Source of the DNA: a virus | Virus record (IMG/VR): IMGVR_UViG_3300033146_001050 | Coordinates: 1-45,306 of that record | DNA: 45,306 nucleotides | Strand: one strand, 5' to 3' | Shown: one piece after another, positions 42,159-45,306 of the stretch | Layout of the letters: every line of letters begins with the position of its first letter | How positions within the stretch are numbered: position 1 is the first letter of the stretch | Program-made: the position numbers and the translations under genes | The notes under the pieces: generated by a model | The model's database searches: none | Seen by the model: the letters and a program-made list of their open reading frames with translations, nothing else | Told to the model about the DNA's origin: nothing

Positions 42159-42403
42159 TTACTGTACTCAGTAACACTCACCGGATCACAATTCTTACAC
42201 GGTTCAGCTCCTATACCCCGCCAACCGTGTACACATGTTACACACCTGTGCTGATCTCCCAATAGCTTTAAGCACTTGTCACATGTCACATTGTCCAATA
42301 AGTTACTTGAAAAGTTTTCTTTGCTACCGCATAAACACGAATGTAAATTGTTTACATACACATTGTAACAAATCTGAATATCTGCCTTGACAATATTACT
42401 CAT
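42143..42403 (-). CDS. zinc-finger protein (H/C3-like module + CxxC..CxxC)
   Basis: LHSCLCGSKENFSSNLLDNVTCDKCLKLL, then CVTCVHGWRGIGAEPCKNC. Confidence 0.5.
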   Translation of the reverse strand: MSNIVKADIQICYNVYVNNLHSCLCGSKENFSSNLLDNVTCDKCLKLLGDQHRCVTCVHGWRGIGAEPCKNCDPVSVTEYSKWEGV

Positions 42404-42708
42404 AGAAAATACCCGTAAGTATCAAGTACTACTTTTACCATTTTAAAGCTATCTAAGATAATAACCTTTTTAGGTGTCTCTTTTCTATGGCTTATGTAGT
42501 AGTCATAAGCGCTGTCAGTGGTCAGGTGTATAAGCCCTTCTGTTGCTAGCTCTTTGTACTCATTATTCTTGAATATAAGCTTTAATGAATTGATTTTACA
42601 GTCAATAGCTACGTAACAAAAATGTTTGTGTAGCTTCCCATCATCTTCTTTTTCTTCACTAAAATAAGCTTTTAGGTCTTTAATTTCATTGTCAATTGTC
42701 GTTTTCAT
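42400..42708 (-). CDS. hypothetical protein
   Basis: ORF track. 102 aa. First gene after the 42828..42975 operator/promoter region. Confidence 0.4.
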   Translation of the reverse strand: MKTTIDNEIKDLKAYFSEEKEDDGKLHKHFCYVAIDCKINSLKLIFKNNEYKELATEGLIHLTTDSAYDYYISHRKETPKKVIILDSFKMVKVVLDTYGYFL

Positions 42709-42827
42709 GCCTTATTTCCTTCATTTTCTAGTTTTTATGCTTAACACTACATATAGTGCTTTCTTATTATACATAGTGCACTAACTTTTTTAGGTCGATT
42801 TATAGTCGAAGTTAGTTAACTGCACTC

Positions 42828-42883
42828 CGTCAATCAATTTATAGAGTTATTCAAGGACACATAACTCTATAAATTGATTGACG
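42828..42883. promoter_or_regulatory. 23-bp perfect inverted repeat (candidate operator or 5' leader hairpin)
   Basis: cgtcaatcaatttatagagttat (42828..42850), 10-nt spacer, ataactctataaattgattgacg (42861..42883). Confidence 0.85.
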
Positions 42884-42915
42884 ATTTTTACTTTTAAGCT
42901 TGACTTTTGCTATAT

Positions 42916-42944
42916 TTTATATTTTTCATGAAAAAAACGTCCAA
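42916..42944 (-). promoter_or_regulatory. sigma70-like promoter, leftward
   Basis: Minus strand reads TTGGAC (42944..42939), 17-nt spacer, TATAAA (42921..42916). Flanked by the three cgtcaatcaatttatagagttat copies. Confidence 0.4.
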
Positions 42945-42949
42945 ATATT

Positions 42950-42975
42950 CGTCAATCAATTTATAGAGTTATTCA
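42950..42975. promoter_or_regulatory. third (direct) copy of the operator-like sequence
   Basis: cgtcaatcaatttatagagttattca, identical to 42828..42853. Confidence 0.85.
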
Positions 42976-43010
42976 CTTTTCCTGTTTTCAAAAGTGAATA
43001 TTTTAAGCTA

Positions 43011-43274
43011 CTAGCTTGTTGTAGTGTAATATTTCACCCCATTTTTGTCAAAACGATACGCTCTAGTGGTGTTACCTACTACACAGAAGGTATATTCTGT
43101 TAATTCGTTCACTGGTATGTATACGTTTCGGCCTAACAATAAGCTTTTAAGCTTACCAGTTTTGTTTCCGACGTGCACTAAGCGTCTTAGTGCTGGTTGT
43201 TTAACTCCTGTTATCTCACTAAACTGTTTAACTGTATAATACTTCTTATTTTCTATGGTTACTGTCTTATCCAT
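43011..43274 (-). CDS. helix-turn-helix DNA-binding protein (excisionase/MerR-type HTH)
   Basis: YYTVKQFSEITGVKQPALRRLV is an HTH_17-like segment. 87 aa. RBS AAGGA. Confidence 0.5.
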   Translation of the reverse strand: MDKTVTIENKKYYTVKQFSEITGVKQPALRRLVHVGNKTGKLKSLLLGRNVYIPVNELTEYTFCVVGNTTRAYRFDKNGVKYYTTTS

Positions 43275-43307
43275 TTCTTTTTCCTTGCCCTGTGAGGCGC
43301 TTTGTTT

Positions 43308-43379
43308 GTCAATGACTGTCTATACACTTTTTCTGTGCCGCTTGCTCTGGCAGACAATATGACTCTTTAAATCATTGAC
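43308..43379. repeat. GTCAATGA ... TCATTGAC inverted pair (related to the ends of the ~96-bp element)
   Basis: gtcaatga at 43308..43315 and tcattgac at 43372..43379. The minus strand reads gtcaatgatttaaagag, like the right ends of copies A-C. Confidence 0.6.
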
Positions 43380-43425
43380 TGCTGTCCGTCTCGCTGGCTG
43401 GCTGACTGTCTCTCTTGACTATATT

Positions 43426-43453
43426 ATTATATCACATAATAGCTAGCTTGCAA
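43426..43453 (-). promoter_or_regulatory. strong sigma70-like early promoter, leftward
   Basis: Minus strand reads TTGCAA (43453..43448), 16-nt spacer, TGaTATAAT (TATAAT at 43431..43426). Shares the 13-nt block TGTGATATAATAA with the promoter at 44693..44723. Confidence 0.55.
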
Positions 43454-43460
43454 CATTAAT

Positions 43461-43500
43461 TTTCATTTATTTTCATTTATTTTCATTTATTTTCATATAT
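43461..43500. repeat. 10-bp tandem repeat (tttcatttat) x3 plus a degenerate fourth unit
   Basis: tttcatttat tttcatttat tttcatttat tttcatatat, immediately upstream of the -35 at 43448..43453. Confidence 0.95.
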
Positions 43501-44046
43501 CTGAAAAATAAAATGTGTCTTTATCTGTTGCTTAGCTTACTGGCTAAAGGCTTAAATGTTAGAATGTATAATTTCACTTGACATTTATTACGTGACAGAA
43601 GTTAATCCGCATTAACAGTTTGTAACTTTTGTAACATCTGTATAAAGCTAGATGTTACAAAGTGTGTTCTTTTAATTTGTTTCTGTATATAGAGTTATTT
43701 GACCTGTTACACGTGTTACACTGAAACAGGTGGAAAAAGTATCGAGGCAAAAGTGTGGACTTTTGAAAAGTGCGTTTTCAACTGTTTATTTGTTACGTGT
43801 ATTTTTAACACTCTAATTTCTTTCTCTATAAGCATTTATTTTGTAACACCTGAATACAGTGTGTACCTACGTTAGACCCCCTATAGGTCTAGAACATAAG
43901 AATACTTTTTATAACTTTGTTAGGCAAGCCTAAAAGTGTATACGTACTTTAGACAATATGTTGTTTACTTCGTAACCATAGTGCAATTGAATATCTACTT
44001 TTTGTTATATATGTTTAGTTGAATATATGTACTAGTTTTAATAGCT

Positions 44047-44108
<62 letters not shown>

Positions 44109-44140
44109 CCTAATAGTACTATTACATGATGTAATAATAC

Positions 44141-44180
44141 TATAAGAAAAATAAGCCGGTAAGCTCAAAACTTACCGGCT
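44141..44180 (-). terminator. rho-independent terminator after the 44187..44654 gene
   Basis: Minus strand reads agccggtaag-ttttgag-cttaccggct followed by tatttttctta. Confidence 0.75.
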
Positions 44181-44186
44181 AAACTA

Positions 44187-44654
44187 CTAGAGTGTTTCAG
44201 ACCGGATATGAACATATCCGGTCCAGTCTTCGGGCTGAGTATCTATACCCTTAAGAGTGTAAACCTTATTTTCGTAGCTGATCCACACTGGCTTGTCTGA
44301 GTTAATCAGTTGTCTGATTCTTTTTGCCATTTCTGGCGCTCCGAACTCAAACAATTCAAAAATCTCAATACTGGTAACTTCACCAGCAATGCCACGATCA
44401 AGGAACAAAGATCTAAGAGCATCATTAACGCCCGGTCTTTGCAATCTACCTTCTTTAAAGGCACCTGTCAAAGCTTTGAAAGCTTCAAAAACGTCAGGGG
44501 TCATGTTCTCTTTTTCAGCGGTTAAATAGCTCTTACAAAGTGCTTTTTGAGCGTCACGGATAATTTTGTTTTCTCTGGCAGTTTCTGACTTCTGTACTGC
44601 TAATTCTGCTTTGTTCATTCTGTTTTCCTTAAAGTAGTCGTTTTGATTTATCAT
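44187..44654 (-). CDS. hypothetical early protein (155 aa)
   Basis: ORF track. Has its own promoter (44693..44723) and terminator. No motif recognised. Confidence 0.45.
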   Translation of the reverse strand: MINQNDYFKENRMNKAELAVQKSETARENKIIRDAQKALCKSYLTAEKENMTPDVFEAFKALTGAFKEGRLQRPGVNDALRSLFLDRGIAGEVTSIEIFELFEFGAPEMAKRIRQLINSDKPVWISYENKVYTLKGIDTQPEDWTGYVHIRSETL

Positions 44655-44692
44655 TTCTGATAGACAACTACCTTTTATTTAACTGTAATTTT

Positions 44693-44723
44693 ATTATATC
44701 ACAATATATAACTCTTGTGTGAA
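44693..44723 (-). promoter_or_regulatory. extended -10 early promoter, leftward
   Basis: Minus strand reads TGaTATAAT (TATAAT at 44698..44693). The best -35, TTCACA, sits at a 19-nt spacing. The TGTGATATAATAA block is identical to that at 43426..43438. Confidence 0.4.
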
Positions 44724-44766
44724 AAATGTTCATTTATTTTTCAAAAAACAGTAAAATATTGTAAAT

Positions 44767-44788
44767 TGACATTTTTCAAAAAATGTCA
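44767..44788. promoter_or_regulatory. 22-bp palindrome tgacatttttcaaaaaatgtca
   Basis: 10-bp arms with a 2-nt centre. Overlaps a TTGACA hexamer. Confidence 0.5.
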
Positions 44789-44829
44789 GAATAAAGTAAT
44801 TTGACAGATTCTAAAATCTGTCAAATTAC
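44786..44829 (-). terminator. rho-independent terminator (15-bp stem)
   Basis: gtaatttgacagatt-ctaa-aatctgtcaaattac. On the minus strand it is followed by ctttatt. Lies 7 nt after the stop of 44836..45057. Confidence 0.7.
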
Positions 44830-44835
44830 TGATGA

Positions 44836-45057
44836 TCACATGTCAAACAGGACAAACGACTGGTTTTTGTTGTGTCCCTTACCTATCACTGAATAACCTT
44901 GAGACAAACAGTAATTTTCATACTGTTCATAGTACTCCATAGCATCCGGGTAGAACCTAACATTTTTGTTTAAGTAGTTATCGTAAACACTCATGTAATT
45001 ATTGCCACCTGATCCAGTTCTGTAAGAAACGGTTAACATATAGTATGATTTAATCAT
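44836..45057 (-). CDS. small hypothetical early protein
   Basis: ORF track. 73 aa, Tyr/Asn-rich. 8-nt overlap with the upstream gene. Confidence 0.4.
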   Translation of the reverse strand: MIKSYYMLTVSYRTGSGGNNYMSVYDNYLNKNVRFYPDAMEYYEQYENYCLSQGYSVIGKGHNKNQSFVLFDM

Positions 45058-45306
45058 TCAATACCTCTTCTATAAAACCGTTAACCGAACTTGTCAAGTC
45101 GGCTAGCTTTTGCTCTTCATAACTTATTTCTAAGTCTGAGCAATAACAATCAACCAGATTCAAGGCATCCTTGAAAGTGATTTTTAGAAGTCCGGTACCA
45201 TTCCAGTACATAACAAGTGCATCGGGATAATTTCGTGCGTCATGTATTACTTTAGCCTTGATGTTTTCTAGGCGCTGGTAGAAATCATCTTCTTTGAGCT
45301 CCATAA
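45050..45306 (-). CDS. hypothetical early protein, C-terminal part (gene runs off the window end and continues at 115..316)
   Basis: The ORF-track frame is open to the window edge. The same frame continues through the duplicated 114 bp to the ATG at 316. Confidence 0.5.
   Translation of the reverse strand, partial: MELKEDDFYQRLENIKAKVIHDARNYPDALVMYWNGTGLLKITFKDALNLVDCYCSDLEISYEEQKLADLTSSVNGFIEEVLND
45193..45306. repeat. terminal redundancy copy 2 (identical to 1..114)
   Basis: See 1..114. Confidence 0.95.

Noticed and set aside
42900-43239. Plus-strand ORFs 42900..43103 and 43045..43239
   Set aside because: They lie on the opposite strand to the whole early block and overlap the operator/promoter region and the HTH gene. 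They have no RBS.
43011-43274. Lysogeny module (excisionase implies integrase)
   Set aside because: The HTH resembles excisionase/MerR-type domains. No integrase or attP-like tRNA-overlapping core with flanking arm sites could be identified. I treat it as a transcription regulator.
37686-43778. Haemophilus-type uptake signal sequences, as a host clue prompted by the (GACA)n tract
   Set aside because: I saw only one-mismatch look-alikes (accgcacta inside the tRNA-like element, aagtgcgtt at about 43770). There is no exact AAGTGCGGT, so there is no support for a Pasteurellaceae host from this signal.

Overview
The window is an essentially complete, AT-rich tailed-phage genome with siphovirus-like architecture (GC looks mid-30s % by eye, not computed). 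Bases 1-114 are identical to 45193-45306, so the unit length is 45,192 bp. The contig closes on itself inside a coding gene, which points to a circular or circularly permuted genome rather than a non-coding physical terminal repeat.

There are two large transcription blocks:
- Plus-strand late block (2362-25286): putative small terminase, PBSX-like large terminase, portal, protease/scaffold, decoration-like protein, major capsid, connector proteins, tail tube, chaperone, 1173-aa tape measure, distal-tail/baseplate/fibre proteins, and holin- and spanin-like proteins.
- Minus-strand early/replication block (25426-45306, continuing into 1-1107): VRR-NUC-like nuclease, family A DNA polymerase, MazG-like protein, SF1 helicase, AEP-type primase-polymerase, PD-(D/E)XK nuclease, SSB-like protein, SNF2 helicase, HD hydrolase, then about 25 small genes.

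I recognised no integrase, recombinase or CI-type repressor.

Items that routine annotation would not explain:
1. An expanded paralogous family of His/Cys zinc-finger modules, with at least 8 modules in 6 early genes (37.7-42.4 kb). It is interleaved with a pentapeptide-repeat (DNA-mimic type) protein and sits next to a tRNA-like element with a broken anticodon stem.
2. About 2.2 kb of non-coding DNA in two islands (1108-2361 and 43275-44186), packed with iteron-like repeats, palindromes and microsatellites: (CCCATAT)7, (CTGT)12(CT)6 and a 10-mer x4. A further (CTCTGT)5 lies at 40077-40110.
3. A ~96-bp element bounded by inverted repeats, present three times at operon boundaries.
4. A 23-bp perfect inverted repeat plus a third copy, bracketing a promoter next to an HTH gene.
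5. A Csx16/VVA1548-like small protein next to the SNF2 helicase.
6. A dual-frame lysis region, and a signal-peptide/beta-barrel-like ORF inside the tail module.

All functional calls come from motifs read by eye and from gene order. None has been checked by a database search.
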